A stretch of DNA of 63,386 nucleotides, the filler included, from Octopus bimaculoides (lineage: Eukaryota): NCBI RefSeq assembly GCF_001194135.2. It is 4 parts of 4 records of this genome, joined end to end, with 100 filler letters (N's around TTAATTAATTAA, not from the genome) between each part and the next. Parts side by side here need not be neighbours in the genome. Positions count along the whole stretch, not along the records: positions 1 to 28,302 come from NC_068994.1; 3 more parts are not named here. One strand, 5' to 3'. The notes beneath the pieces were generated by a model. The model did not search any database. It was not told the origin of the DNA and saw only the letters and a program-made list of their open reading frames with translations. Made by a program: the position numbers and the translations under genes. This document shows positions 13,619-26,768 of this stretch, piece after piece. Within the stretch, counting starts at the first letter, position 1. Each line of letters opens with the position of its first letter.

Positions 13619-13996
13619 TATTATAATTTTCAGATATGTTTGTGTGTGACTGTATATAAACATACACACAAACACTACACACTCATATACCTATATGTGC
13701 ATATATATACATGTATATATGTGTATATATATATATATATGTGTATATATATATATATGTGTATATATATATATATGTGTGTATATATATATATATGTGT
13801 ATATATATATATATATGTGTGTATATATATATATATATGTGTATATATATATATATATGTGTATATATATATATATATATGTGTATATATATATATATAT
13901 GTGTGTATATATATGTATATGTATATGTATATATTATATATATGTATATGTATATATTATATATATGTATATGTATATATTATATATATGTATATA

Positions 13997-14034
<38 letters not shown>

Positions 14035-14289
14035 NNNNNNNNNNNNNNNNNNNNNNNNNNNNNNNNNNNNNNNNNNNNNNNNNNNNNNNNNNNNNNNNNN
14101 NNNNNNNNNNNNNNNNNNNNNNNNNNNNNNNNNNNNNNNNNNNNNNNNNNNNNNNNNNNNNNNNNNNNNNNNNNNNNNNNNNNNNNNNNNNNNNNNNNNN
14201 NNNNNNNNNNNNNNNNNNNNNNNNNNNNNNNNNNNNNNNNNNNNNNNNNNNNNNNNNNNNNNNNNNNNNNNNNNNNNNNNNNNNNNNNN

Positions 14290-14330
<41 letters not shown>
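13440..14330. repeat. ~140-nt tandem duplication plus (TA)n/(TATG)n compound microsatellite
   Basis: tataattttcagat...cactacacactcatatacctat occurs at about 13483 and 13622 with small differences. Confidence 0.8.
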
Positions 14331-14457
14331 CACACTCACATGAACATTGTATATACGCACATGTCAATATTGTGCTTTCATTGCAAGTTGTCATGCATGT
14401 GTATATATTGAGAGCATGTATGTGCATATGTATATATTTTGCTGTATAGATATGCAC

Positions 14458-14497
<40 letters not shown>

Positions 14498-15441
14498 TGT
14501 ATCACATTGGTTGCCATCGTTTAGCTGTATTGTCACACTTAAGCTTGGTTCCATTCAGGTTATAGTAAGGTATACAGGCTTTTTTCTATTTATGCTTCTA
14601 GTTGAATGTGTGTATGTAAATGTGTGTGTATATATAATATATCTATGTATATTTATATATAATATTCACACGCACAGTGTACATTTTATATTATGTATAC
14701 ATTTGCATGTGTGTGTGTCTGTATATATGTATATATTTTTAATGTTTTAACTTTTTGTTCTTGGTACAGCAGATAACATGTACAAGATATCTAAGAGTGT
14801 GGTTCTGTGTGTGTATGTATATATATATTATATATATGTTTACACCCTAAAGCTAGTGTTAATAATGTTTTATTTTCAATTTTTTATTTTGTATTGTGAG
14901 TAAGTGAGGGAGTGTGAACATGAGTAGGGCCAATCCCAATTTTGGTTTTAACCTAAATTCTGCCTTTTCTCTTCCTCTTTTACAATATAGTTAAATGGTT
15001 TACTTGGCTATATATNNNNNNNNNNNNNNNNNNNNNNNNNNATACACACATACATACATACAAATTACCACTACGGTTTTCGCTTTGCTGATATTTACAC
15101 ATTTACTGAAAAATTGAACAAATTTTTTTTTCAATGTATATAATGAAGATATTGAATAAAATGTTAAATAGATTGGCTGGCAGAATATAGAAGAAAGATA
15201 TTATTTGAAAGAAGTACATATCCTTTTTTTTTTTTTCGCTACTCTGTATTGTTATAAAAGGAACTTGTCGGTCTAAAAAATGAAACTTAAAAACAAAACA
15301 AAAAAAAAAATTGGATAAAGATGTAATTTCAAAGATATGAAGATTGGGTTTGTATATGTTAAAAAAAAAAAAAGAACCCAGAATTTATCAGTCATTACAT
15401 AAAATTTTTGATGCAGAATCTTATATTAGCAACAAGTTAAT

Positions 15442-15483
15442 TAATAGGCAACATCTATTACATGTAATAGATGTTGCCTATTA
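15442..15483. repeat. Perfect 42-bp palindrome
   Basis: taataggcaacatctattaca|tgtaatagatgttgcctatta, checked base by base. Confidence 0.95.
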
Positions 15484-16125
15484 CATGTAATAAGCAACAT
15501 CTAATGTAAAAACAGCTAGAAATTTTATTTCTAGCTGCTTTTGTAAATTAAAAAAAAAAAATATCTTAGTTTTTGATAGAAGTCACTTCATGGATATGCT
15601 TTACCAAAGCTCTGAACAAGTAAGCTTCTACACAGTCGTTTGGCTTGTTAGAAATAGTGGACAAATCTCCTTCAAATCATAAACTTTCATGGGAAACAAA
15701 AGGACACATTAGACACTGTAGTGTTTACATCACCTTCCTTAATTTCTTTTTAAATACCTTTAAACAAAGGTCTGTTCATTTAGAACTTAGCAATGTCATT
15801 TCTTATTTTGCATTAACATCTTTGTCCAATTTTAATTTAGTTCTTTTCATTTCAATTTCAAGTACTGTAATTTTTTTTATGTATCTTTGTAAAGTTACTT
15901 TTTACTGAGTTAGTGCAAAAAATGTGCATGTGTGTGTGTATGTGAGGGTGACATATGCAGCTTTTGAATAATGTTTTATTGTTATATAATCCCAGCCAAT
16001 TAGTACATGTTTTATTCAAAATCTTCTGTATACATTCAACAAAATTATTCTGTTCCTTTTTCAATAATTGTCTGAAGATTGGTAATGAGAAACTCGAAGT
16101 AACAATTTGTGAAGATTTAGTTTCC

Positions 16126-16142
16126 AATAAAATATAAATAAA
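16126..16142 (+). terminator. Tandem polyadenylation signals (AATAAA x2), candidate distal beta-TrCP poly(A) site
   Basis: AATAAA at 16126-16131 and 16137-16142, followed by ctcttttttctctcttgttt and (GT)n. Repeat-derived DNA resumes shortly afterwards. Confidence 0.5.
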
Positions 16143-17288
16143 TCCTATATTACTGAGTACTCTTTTTTTCTCTCTTGTTTACAATGCAGTGTATCTGTGT
16201 GTGTGTGTGTGTGTATATAGTATGCAGTTCTCTAAGTTTACATGTATTTATCTTTCTATCTAGTGTGTGTGTGTGTGTGTACATATGCTGTCATCTGTAA
16301 AAATACAAACTAGCTGCCCACTGCTTAGCACTTCTACTCTATATTTTATTTACGGCAAGCCACCAATCAGTGCTGTCATCATCTGATTTGTTCACTTTCT
16401 TATACTGCATGGATTGGATGGGTTACCACTGTCTGGGGTCTGTTCTCATTTGGAGTCAGAGCCTTCCTAGTTGGGTTCGGTTGGGACTGCATTCCATTTC
16501 TGGCATAATTTCTATTGATAATACCACAGCTGGTGTGGATGTGGATGGGTGGGTATTTATATAACATTAACCTTATTTTTAATGTCCACTTTCCATGCTA
16601 GCATGTGTTGGATGAGTCTCCACAATCCAAGTAATTTCCTTTTGGTGGCAATGCTCTACCAGATGAATCAATACTATATCTCACTGAAGCCATTCTGTTT
16701 TTGACATAGCTTCTCTGGTTAGCTGCCCTTCTAAAAAACAACCACTTTACAATGTGTATAAGGTGCATATAATTCCGACACCAACAATGAAGAGACTGCT
16801 TTATCCCCAGACAGATGAAAGAGTCTGCTTCACTCTGGTGTCTTTGTTTACTATCCATTTAGCAGCATATCTTGGATGCATTTACTGTAGCACCAGCATC
16901 ACAGAAGTTGCCATGTGCCTTTTCAAGGCCAATGACTACTGTATGGGATCTCCATTTAATTAAGGGAATGTGATGAAGACTACAAGAGTGAGGACAGAAG
17001 CTGCTGAAACAAAAGTGGATGAACTGTGCAAGAGGATGGAGAGAAGCATATTGGTGTAATGGGTATGGGAGAAGATGAGTGACAGAATAGTGACTAGGAT
17101 GGTACAGGTCATTGTGTGTGCAGATGTGGCTGTGTGATAAGTTTGCTTCCCAAATGAAGATTCTGGGTTCAATACCTCTATATAGCACTTCAGTTTTACT
17201 ATAACTCCCCAGTCAACCAAATCCTTGTGAGTGGATTTGGTAGATGGAAACTGAAAGTTTGTTGTATGTATATGGGTCTGTGTGTGTG

Positions 17289-17337
<49 letters not shown>

Positions 17338-17719
17338 TATATATATGTATGTTTTTNNNNNNNNNNNNNNNNNNNNNNNNNNNNNNNNNNNNNNNNNNNN
17401 NNNNNNNNNNNNNNNNNNNNNNNNNNNNNNNNNNNNNNNNNNNNNNNNNNNNNNNNNNNNNNNNNNNNNNNNNNNNNNNNNNNNNNNNNNNNNNNNNNNN
17501 NNNNNNNNNNNNNNNNNNNNNNNNNNNNNNNNNNNNNNNNNNNNNNNNNNNNNNNNNNNNNNNNNNNNNNNNNNNNNNNNNNNNNNNNNNNNNNNNNNNN
17601 NNNNNNNNNNNNNNNNNNNNNNNNNNNNNNNNNNNNNNNNNNNNNNNNNNNNNNNNNNNNNNNNNNNNNNNNNNNNNNNNNNNNNNNNNNNNNNNNNNNN
17701 NNNNNNNNNNNNNNNNNNN

Positions 17720-18052
17720 TTCGATTCCCAGACCGGGCGTTGTGAGTGTTTATTGAGCGAAAACACCTAAAAGCTCCACGAGGCTCTGGCAGGGGATGGT
17801 GGCAAACCCTGCTCTGCTCTCTCACCACAACTTTCTCTCACTCTTACTTCCTGTTTCTGTTGTTGTGCCTGTAATTCAAAGGGTCAGCCTTGTCACACTG
17901 TGTCACGCTGAATATCCCCGAGGACTACGTTAAGGGTACATGTGTCTGTGGAGTGCTCAGCCACTTGCACGTTAATTTCACGAGCAGGCTGTTCCGTTGA
18001 TCGGATCAACTGGAACCCTCAACGTCGTAAGCGAAGGAGTGCCAACAACAAC
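17720..18052 (+). mobile_element. SINE family C (tRNA-derived), 5' end lost in a gap
   Basis: Near-identical to the full copy at 45833-46216; ends in a (CAA)n tail. Confidence 0.85.
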
Positions 18053-18519
18053 ATATATATATCTTATGCTTGTTTTGGATTGCTGGTATTGATTAGCTGG
18101 TGAGCCAGAAGACTGCACAAAGCTCCAATGTCTGCTTTGGCAGGGTTTTGAAGCTGGATGCCCTACTTAATGCCAATCACCTTATAGAGTATACTGGGTA
18201 CTTTCTACATGGAACTGGACCAGTGTTGTCACTAAATAATTTGCGAGACAAAACCCTTAGCGGAGGAGGTGTGGCGCTGAGGGACTGGCTTTGTGCCAAA
18301 TGAGAGGTTAAAGTATGCTAGAGGGACAGGTACAGGTGATTTGTTGTAGAAGAAATACATGGTTACCATAATTGAAAGAGAAAGATGTTGGGGGCACTCA
18401 AGTTACAGAAATGTGAATACAAGAGAAGCAATACAGAGGATTGGACAGTGTGAGTGGGTAAATAAGTTTGTAAGAGTGTGGCTCAATTGCTTTTCTTTTT
18501 TATCTGGAGTGTCATCTTT

Positions 18520-19070
18520 GGCCTTGTGCAGTCTATCCTTATAACTAAGGATTGACCTCGTCCTGTACTGTCTGACGAACCACCTAAATGGGTAGCATAT
18601 GTCCCACTTGACTGGATATTTTTCAACATCTCAGCAACTATCTTTATTGGTCCTGTTGCTTTTCTTACTTTATTCCTGCTTTTTAGCTGTATAACTGTCA
18701 ACATCAATAGCTTTTCCCTCTGTTGGGCATATTTGTGGTTGTCCCACTTCCTCCCATGCTTTCTCAGTCAACAAAATTCTTAGAGTACCATTTCTTGGTG
18801 TCAGTGAGATGGGTGCATTGCTAGCATTCTCTATACTTTTTTTCACCATTGATGTCTAGATTTATACAGACACTGCTTTGCAATCTGGGAAACCTCACAC
18901 CTTTTGATCTGTCCATCCCAGAACATTGGTAAAGCTTTTCGACTTTACACTTTTCCCCATTCTACACACACCTGACATCTAACTTCTGTTGTGGATACCT
19001 CATATTGTTCTTGGCTCACCTACTTTCTTCCAACCTTTCCAACTCACCCCACTCTCATTTTTATAGTTCT
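18520..19070 (-). mobile_element. Decayed RTE-type LINE fragment (region just upstream of the RT domain)
   Basis: The minus-strand translation includes KATGPIKIVAEMLK, matching the KA-x-GP-x-G-I-x-AEMLK motif, plus frameshifted EGKAIDVD-like sequence. Confidence 0.65.
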
Positions 19071-19990
19071 GTCTTGTGTGCCATTCTACTGGTATGTCAC
19101 CTTACGCCTGGCTTGAGTCCTGCTTCAGCCTGATGGAAGTGACATGGTGGCATAGCACACACACTCTTCCTCTTAACCCTTTAGCATTCAAACTAATCTA
19201 TCAAATGTAATGCTTATTTATTCATATTGTTTTGAATTAATCATGCATTATCTTATAACTCTGAGACCCTGTAGGGTGAGTCTGGGAGGCTAGATCTGGC
19301 CTGTTTCAACATAGAATAGGTAGAATATTAGGACCGGATAAGGCCTGTTTAAATGCTAAGGGGTTAACCATTCACATACACATTTAGATACATAGCTGTG
19401 TGTGAATGTATGTATGTGTGTGCGTGTATATATATATATATATGTGTGTGTGTGCACATTACTACACCTGCATATACAGTTTTAGTGGTTTTAGTCATTG
19501 GAGTTTAGTCTTATTTACTCCAGTATTCATGTACAAGTATGTTACCTATCTTATTGATCATTTTTGTCAAATCACTAAACTATGGGAGTTAAACAAGAAT
19601 AACAGTTTTCAAGTGGAATAAAAGTACATGCCCGCACACATGTGCAAGCATGCATGTGTGACAGGGTTCTGCAGTTTCCATTTACCAGAGTTCACTCATT
19701 AGGTATTGTTTGACATAAGGCTACAGAAGACAAATTGCCCTTAGGTATTACACAGTCAAAGCAAACTTAAAACCATTTGACTGCAAAACAGAGCTTAACC
19801 ACACAACAGTATCTGCACATAGATATCGAGTTGCTGGCATAGCTGTCTGATTATGAAGTTTGCTTCATGAACACATGGTTTTTGAGTTCTGTCTCACTGC
19901 TGCACCTTGGGTAAGTGTCTTCTATTCTAACCTGGGGTTTACTAATGACCTGTGAATGAATTTGGTTGTCAGAAAATGTAGAAAGCCCAT

Positions 19991-20047
<57 letters not shown>

Positions 20048-20439
20048 GTACATGCATGTAAATATGTATGACTGTTGATACCTTGTGGCTTTGCTTGAGT
20101 GAAATTATGGAAGATGTTTACATTCCTCACCGACATTAAAACCAGTTGCTCTGTGCTTTTGAAGACTTATGGATTAAAAAAAAAAAATAGCAACCACTTT
20201 TTACTTGAAATGCAAGAGTTGGTAATAGAGAGGGTATACAGTTTGTAAAATGTTGCCTAAAATTCATTCCTGTCTTACTCATGTTGACATGGAAGAATGG
20301 ATGTCAGATAACCAAATGCATGCCAAGGTAAACTTTCCATCCCTCTGCAGTTGATAGAAGAAAGTACCAAATGAATACTACGCTTGATGAAATCAACTAA
20401 TGCCCTCCTTTTTAAACTTTTGCCTAAACTAGAAACCCT

Positions 20440-22430
20440 TCTGGCTCTTTATGTTCTGAGTTCAAATTCTTACAAAGTTGACTCAGCTTTTCATCCTTTT
20501 GGGGTTGATTAAATAAAGTACCAGTCACTTAATGGGGGTTGATGCAATCAACTTCGCTCTTCCCCAGATTGAAGGTCTTGTGCCAAAATTAGAATTATTA
20601 TGCCCATTGGCATTTGTTCCAGGTTTTCAAGTTCTAAGTTCAACTCTCACTAAAGTTGGCTCTGTCTTTTGTCCCAGTGGAGAGTTGGTTGATAAAAGAA
20701 CATGCTATTTAGATATCGGGGTTGATAGTATTGACACCCTAGTTCCCTCAGAATTGCTGACCTTGTGTTTTAATCAAACTATGAGTGTGGTGAACTTGCA
20801 GAATTGTTAAATGCATGGGGTTAGATGTATGTTTTCTTGGTATTTGTTCCAACTCTTTTGCATTCTGAGTTCAAGTCCTGGATAATTGTGCATTTTTTTC
20901 GGGGATGATGAAATATAGCAATAGGGGTTGATTTTAGATAATTTCTGGCCTTGAGCCTGTATTATGAATTATGATTAGTAAGGCAGTGAGCTTGCAAAAA
21001 CCATTAGCACAATCGGCTTAGCAGCATTTTGCCTGTCTATTTTTTGAGTTCAAATTCTGCTGAGGTTGACTTTGCCTTTCATCCTTTTGGAGTTGATAAA
21101 ATAAGTACCAATGAGGCCCTGGGATCTATGTAAGTGACTATACCCCTTCCTCCAAAATTTCAGATCTTGTGCCTTCAGTAGGAAGGATTATTATCATTAT
21201 TATTATTATTAAAGTGGCAAACTGGCAGAATCACTAGCATGCTGGACAGAATGCTTTGTAGCATTTCATTTGTCATTATGTTCTGAGTTCAGATTCCACA
21301 AAGGTTGACTTTACCTTTCACCCTTTTGGGGCCAATAAAATAAGTACCAGTTGAACAGTGGGGTCGATATAATTGGCTTACCCTCCCACCAAAATTATTG
21401 GCCTTGTGCCAAAATTTGAACCATTATTATGATTATTATTGTGGTGGATTGGCAGAATTATTAGAGTATTGAAGAAAATGCTTTGCATCATTCCGTTATT
21501 TTGCTCTACATCTTGAGTTCAAACCATGCCAAGGTCAACTTTGTCTCTCATCCCTCCAGGGTTAAGTACTAGCATTGCTATAATTGACTAACCCTCTCTC
21601 TCTCTTGAAAACTGCTGGACTAGGGCCTAAATTAAGAAAAAAATGTTATGGAGATAGTGAGTTGGCAGAATCATTAAAGTGTTAGAAAAACAAATATCTT
21701 CCTTGTAACATTTGTTTCAAGTCTTTGTGTTCTGAGATCCAATCTTGCCAAGGTCAATTTTGCTTTTCATCCTTTTTTAGGTCAATAAAATAAAATGCCA
21801 GCCTAGCATAAGGGTTGATGGCATTGACTAAACTGCACCCTTCAAAATTGCTTGCCTTATGCCTACCCCCCCCCCCAAAAAAAAAACCATTGTAAGATGG
21901 AAGATTGGCAGAATTGTGTTAGTGTCTGCAAAATGTCTTGCAGTAGTTTGATTCATCTCTTTAGGTTTGTAGTTCAAATCCTGCTGAGGTCAACTTTGCT
22001 CTTCATCTTTTCAGGGTCAATAAAATAAAGTACCAATCAAAGATCTATAGAACTGACTAGTATGCTCCCCTCAAAATTGCTGGCTTTGTGCCAAAATTAG
22101 AAAGAATTGTTGTTATTCTTTTATTGTTTCTTCTGAAATTGCTTTCTTTTTATCATTGTTTTCTTTGTTTTTCATACATCCATGGTCAGTTGGAATAAAA
22201 TAGCAACTTTATAGTTGGGTCGATGCTGGGGTTCATTCCTGCCCCCTCTAAATTAACAATGAACAGTGGATGCAGTACAGTTTTTTTTTTTTGTTTTTTT
22301 TTCCACGTTCCAAGTTAAAATCTTGAAGGAATTTGGCTTTCATCATTCTGGGATTGATAAAATTAAGTACCTGCAAAGAATTGTATTCACTATAATCGAC
22401 TGTACTCCTGCCTCTAAAATTTGTGGTTGT
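20440..22430 (+). mobile_element. Head-to-tail array of ~8-9 old SINE family A copies
   Basis: A gagttcaaa...actttgcctttcatcc...ataaaataagtacc...gccttgtgcc unit repeats every ~200 nt in the same orientation, mostly separated by (ATT)n tails. Confidence 0.8.
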
Positions 22431-22599
22431 GTACATGGTAAAAAGGGTGAGGTAGAATCGATAGAATGCCAAACAAACTGCTTTGTAATTTTCACTTTAA
22501 CACCCCATTTTCCTTTTTTAGTTCAAATTCTTCCTCCCCAGGTTGTGGTATAGCAATAATTCTTAGCACCTGAATCAAAAAATATTTTTTAGCATGCAT

Positions 22600-22773
22600 A
22601 GGAGTGGCTGTGTAGTAAGTAGCTTGCTTACCAACCACATGGTCCCGGGTTCAGTCCCACTGTGTGGCATCTTGGGCAAGTGTCTTCTACTATAGCCTCG
22701 GGCCGACCAAAGCCTTGTGAGTGGATTTGGTAGACGGAAACTGAAAGAAGCCCGTCGTATATATATGTATATA

Positions 22774-22820
<47 letters not shown>

Positions 22821-23033
22821 TTGTGTGTCTGTTGTTTGTCCCCTGAACATCGCTTGGCAACCGATGCTGGTGTGTTTATGTCCCCGTAACTTAGCGGCTC
22901 GGCAAAAGAGACCAATAGAATAAGTACTAGGCTTCCAAAGAATAAGTCCTGGGGTCGATTTGCTCGACGAAAGGCGATGCTCCAGCATGGCCACAGTCAA
23001 AAGACTGAAACAAAGTTAAAGAGAGAGAGAGAG
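22600..23033 (+). mobile_element. Full-length SINE family B
   Basis: tRNA-like head, caccttgggcaagtg-type CORE-like motif, internal (TA)n(TG)n, conserved 3' half, and an AAAGAG-type tail. Confidence 0.85.
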
Positions 23034-23672
23034 TATGCCCCTTGCACCTTGTTAAGTCAGATGAAATTCTGTGTCCCCTCACACATTAATTAACAAGTCT
23101 GTTAAGCTAGACGAAATTTTGTATTCCCTCACAACTACTCCCCTTCACACTTGCACCTTGGAGTAACTGCCTCCTCTTGCTCCCTCTTGCCGTGCTTCTG
23201 TGCTCAGCTCCAATTAACTTAACTTGCATTCTTCTCCGGGTGTGAGTTGGTGTTTTTCTTTCAAGAATACCTCCTCTTCTCCCTTCTGTGTTGCCAGTCC
23301 CAGACAGCTGGTAAGGAGCCTTGGACATGGCACTGTTATCACTCCTGATTAAAAGATTAAAAAACAAAAAATCCCTAGTGACCCCCAAAATCTTGACTAG
23401 AAATAACCCAGTTACTATGTGGTGGTGTAGTCTAGTCTGGTCAGTGTGTGTTTGCCCATCATAACAGTCCATCTGGTAAATTGCTTTTCTCCTTTTTATC
23501 CACTGTGCAACTTACTTCTTACATCTCAGTCTATGTGCAGGGGTGGCTGTGTAGGGAAGAAGCCCCACTGTGTGGCACTTTAGGTAAGTGTCTTCCACTA
23601 TAACCATGGGCTGACTAAAGCCTTGTGAGTGGATTTGGTCAATAGAAATTAGAAGAAGCTTATATATATAAG

Positions 23673-23707
<35 letters not shown>

Positions 23708-24144
23708 NNNNNNNNNNNNNNNNNNNNNNNNNNNNNNNNNNNNNNNNNNNNNNNNNNNNNNNNNNNNNNNNNNNNNNNNNNNNNNNNNNNNNNNNNNNNN
23801 NNNNNNNNNNNNNNNNNNNNNNNNNNNNNNNNNNNNNNNNNNNNNNNNNNNNNNNNNNNNNNNNNNNNNNNNNNNNNNNNNNNNNNNNNNNNNNNNNNNN
23901 NNNNNNNNNNNNNNNNNNNNNNNNNNNNNNNNNNATGTATATATATATATATATGTATAAAGAAAGAGAGGAGATATAAGATGAAAATATTTATTCCACC
24001 AATTGACATCCATACAACTGTTTTGTTTTGGTTTATAATGTAATTTGTAGCCTGATCCATTAAAGGACCTATTTTTTATGAGTACTACCGGATTAGTTAA
24101 ATCCATATAATGTATATAAATATATATACACAGACACACGCACA

Positions 24145-24190
<46 letters not shown>

Positions 24191-25856
24191 GCACACATAT
24201 ATAATGTGTGTGTGTTTCTGTCTCTGTCTTGACATTATATGGTTGTAAATGAATGTCAACTCCAATATTCTACCAAAATATGTCAGGCCATGGGGAAATA
24301 TCACCTTGCTTGGAGACAAGTAAGGGTTGGCAACAGGAAGGGCATCCGACTGTTGAAAATCTGCCTACGAATTCTCAATCTGGCCCATGCGAGTGTGGAA
24401 AAGTGGACATTAAGATGATGATATCTATATATATTTTGTGGCTGCTGCTTTATTTTTTTTCTCCCTATTCTGTTGGTCAGCTCTGCTAAAATTCTAGATT
24501 TTTTTCTCTCTACATACTCACAGCCTCTTTTTTTCTATATAATCCCTGTAATGTATATAAAACGGGCTGTTTTATGTCTTCTGTAAGCAAAGGAATCTTT
24601 GCTATTTAGGGTAGTGAGAGTAATTAGTTATGTTTCAAGTTTAGGAATTCTGTGATCCACATGTGTGCACAAACAACACATCTATGTTTCTCGCATCCGA
24701 CAAACACGAAACTCCGAATACCTTCAAAACTGTCACAGAACAAAAACAAAAACAAAAAAACAAACAAAAGAACAAAACAGTTAACAAACCAAATCGAAAC
24801 AAAATAAACTGCACCAGAAAAAAAAAAAAAGAAAAGAAACAAAGAAAAACAGCAATCTTATTTCAGACCCAGGAAAGCCCAATCTCTTCAAACATAGTGA
24901 AATGTCCATCACCTGGTTAGGGTTTGTATGTCCAACTTAAAGAAAAAAAAGAAATTACCACTTCCTCTGTCTCTCTCCTCTCACTCTCTTGTTCCCTGCT
25001 CCCTGTTTTAACAAATAAGGATGTCAGTATAATTTCCACACTTTCCCCCACCCCCACTTTTCTTTTTAAAAAACTCCATTTTCAAACCTTATTTTCTTTT
25101 CTCTCTTTGCGCNNNNNNNNNNNNNNNNNNNNNNNNNNNNNNNNNNNNNNNNNNNNNNNNNNNNNNNNNNNNNNNNNNNNNNNNNNNNNNNNNNNNNNNN
25201 NNNNNNNNNNNNNNNNNNNNNNNNNNNNNNNNNNNNNNNNNNNNNNNNNNNNNNNNNNNNNNNNNNNNNNNNNNNNNNNNNNNNNNNNNNNNNNNNNNNN
25301 NNNNNNNNNNNNNNNNNNNNNNNNNNNNNNNNNNNNNNNNNNNNNNNNNNNNNNNNNNNNNNNNNNNNNNNNNNNNNNNNNNNNNNNNNNNNNNNNNNNN
25401 NNNNNNNNNNNNNNNNNNNNNNNNNNNNNNNNNNNNNNNNNNNNNNNNNNNNNNNNNNNNNNNNNNNNNNNNNNNNNNNNNNNNNNNNNNNNNNNNNNNN
25501 NNNNNNNNNNNNNNNNNNNNNNNNNNNNNNNNNNNNNNNNNNNNNNNNNNNNNNNNNNNNNNNNNNNNNNNNNNNNNNNNNNNNNNNNNNNNNNNNNNNN
25601 NNNNNNNNNNNNNNNNNNNNNNNNNNNNNNNNNNNNNNNNNNNNNNNNNNNNNNNNNNNNNNNNNNNNNNNNNNNNNNNNNNNNNNNNNNNNNNNNNNNN
25701 NNNNNNNNNNNNNNNNNNNNNNNNNNNNNNNNNNNNNNNNNNNNNNNNNNNNNNNNNNNNNNNNNNNNNNNNNNNNNNNNNNNNNNNNNNNNNNNNNNNN
25801 NNNNNNNNNNNNNNNNNNNNNNNNNNNNNNNNNNNNNNNNNNNNNNNNNNNNNNNN

Positions 25857-25908
<52 letters not shown>

Positions 25909-26009
25909 TACTCTGTCTACCATAAATTTCAGTTGAATATTTTGAGAGTTGTGATCACAGTGAAAGTTGGAGGTGGACACCTGACGACTTGAACCGAGTG
26001 TTTGATATC

Positions 26010-26140
26010 TGGATGGGAAACCCTTCCATTTATGCTTCTCCTTTCGGGGTTCATAAAATAAAGTACCAGTTGAGCAATGGAGTTCGTTTAGTTGACTTCA
26101 TTCTGCCCTCAAAATTTCTGGTCTTGTTCCAATCTTTGAG

Positions 26141-26175
<35 letters not shown>

Positions 26176-26638
26176 TGTCATCATCATCATCATCATTATT
26201 AAGGGGCCGAACTGCCAGGCAAGACGTTTAGCTGCTTTTCGTCCATCTTCATGTTTTGAGTTCAAATTCCACCGAGGTTGATCTTGCTTCTCATCCCTTT
26301 GGCATCAATAAATTAAGTACCAGTCAAGTACTGGGGTTGATGTGATTGACTATCCCCCTCGTCACAAATTCCAGGCTTTGTGCTGATTGTAGAAAGGATT
26401 ATTATTATGAAGGTGATAAGTAGTAGAATGTTAGCGCATCAGATGAAATGCTAAGCAGCATTTCTTCTTGTTCTTTACGTTCTGAGTTCAAGTCCTGCTG
26501 AGGTCAACTTAACCTTTCATTCTTTCAGGGTTGATAAAATAAAGTACCTATCAAGTACTGGGATCAATGCAATTGACTACCCTTCCACTCCGAAATTTAC
26601 TGACCTTGTACCAAAATTTGAAACTATTATTATTAGTA

Positions 26639-26677
<39 letters not shown>

Positions 26678-26680
26678 GTA

Positions 26681-26768
<88 letters not shown>

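Larger units (their letters stand above)
11878..16160 (+). other. Probable long 3' UTR of beta-TrCP
   Basis: No recognisable SINE between the stop codon and ~16.4 kb, although the introns and downstream DNA carry many. The distal part is AT/U-rich. AATAAA occurs at 12548, 13019, 15155, 16126 and 16137, the last two followed by U- and GU-rich sequence. Confidence 0.55.
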
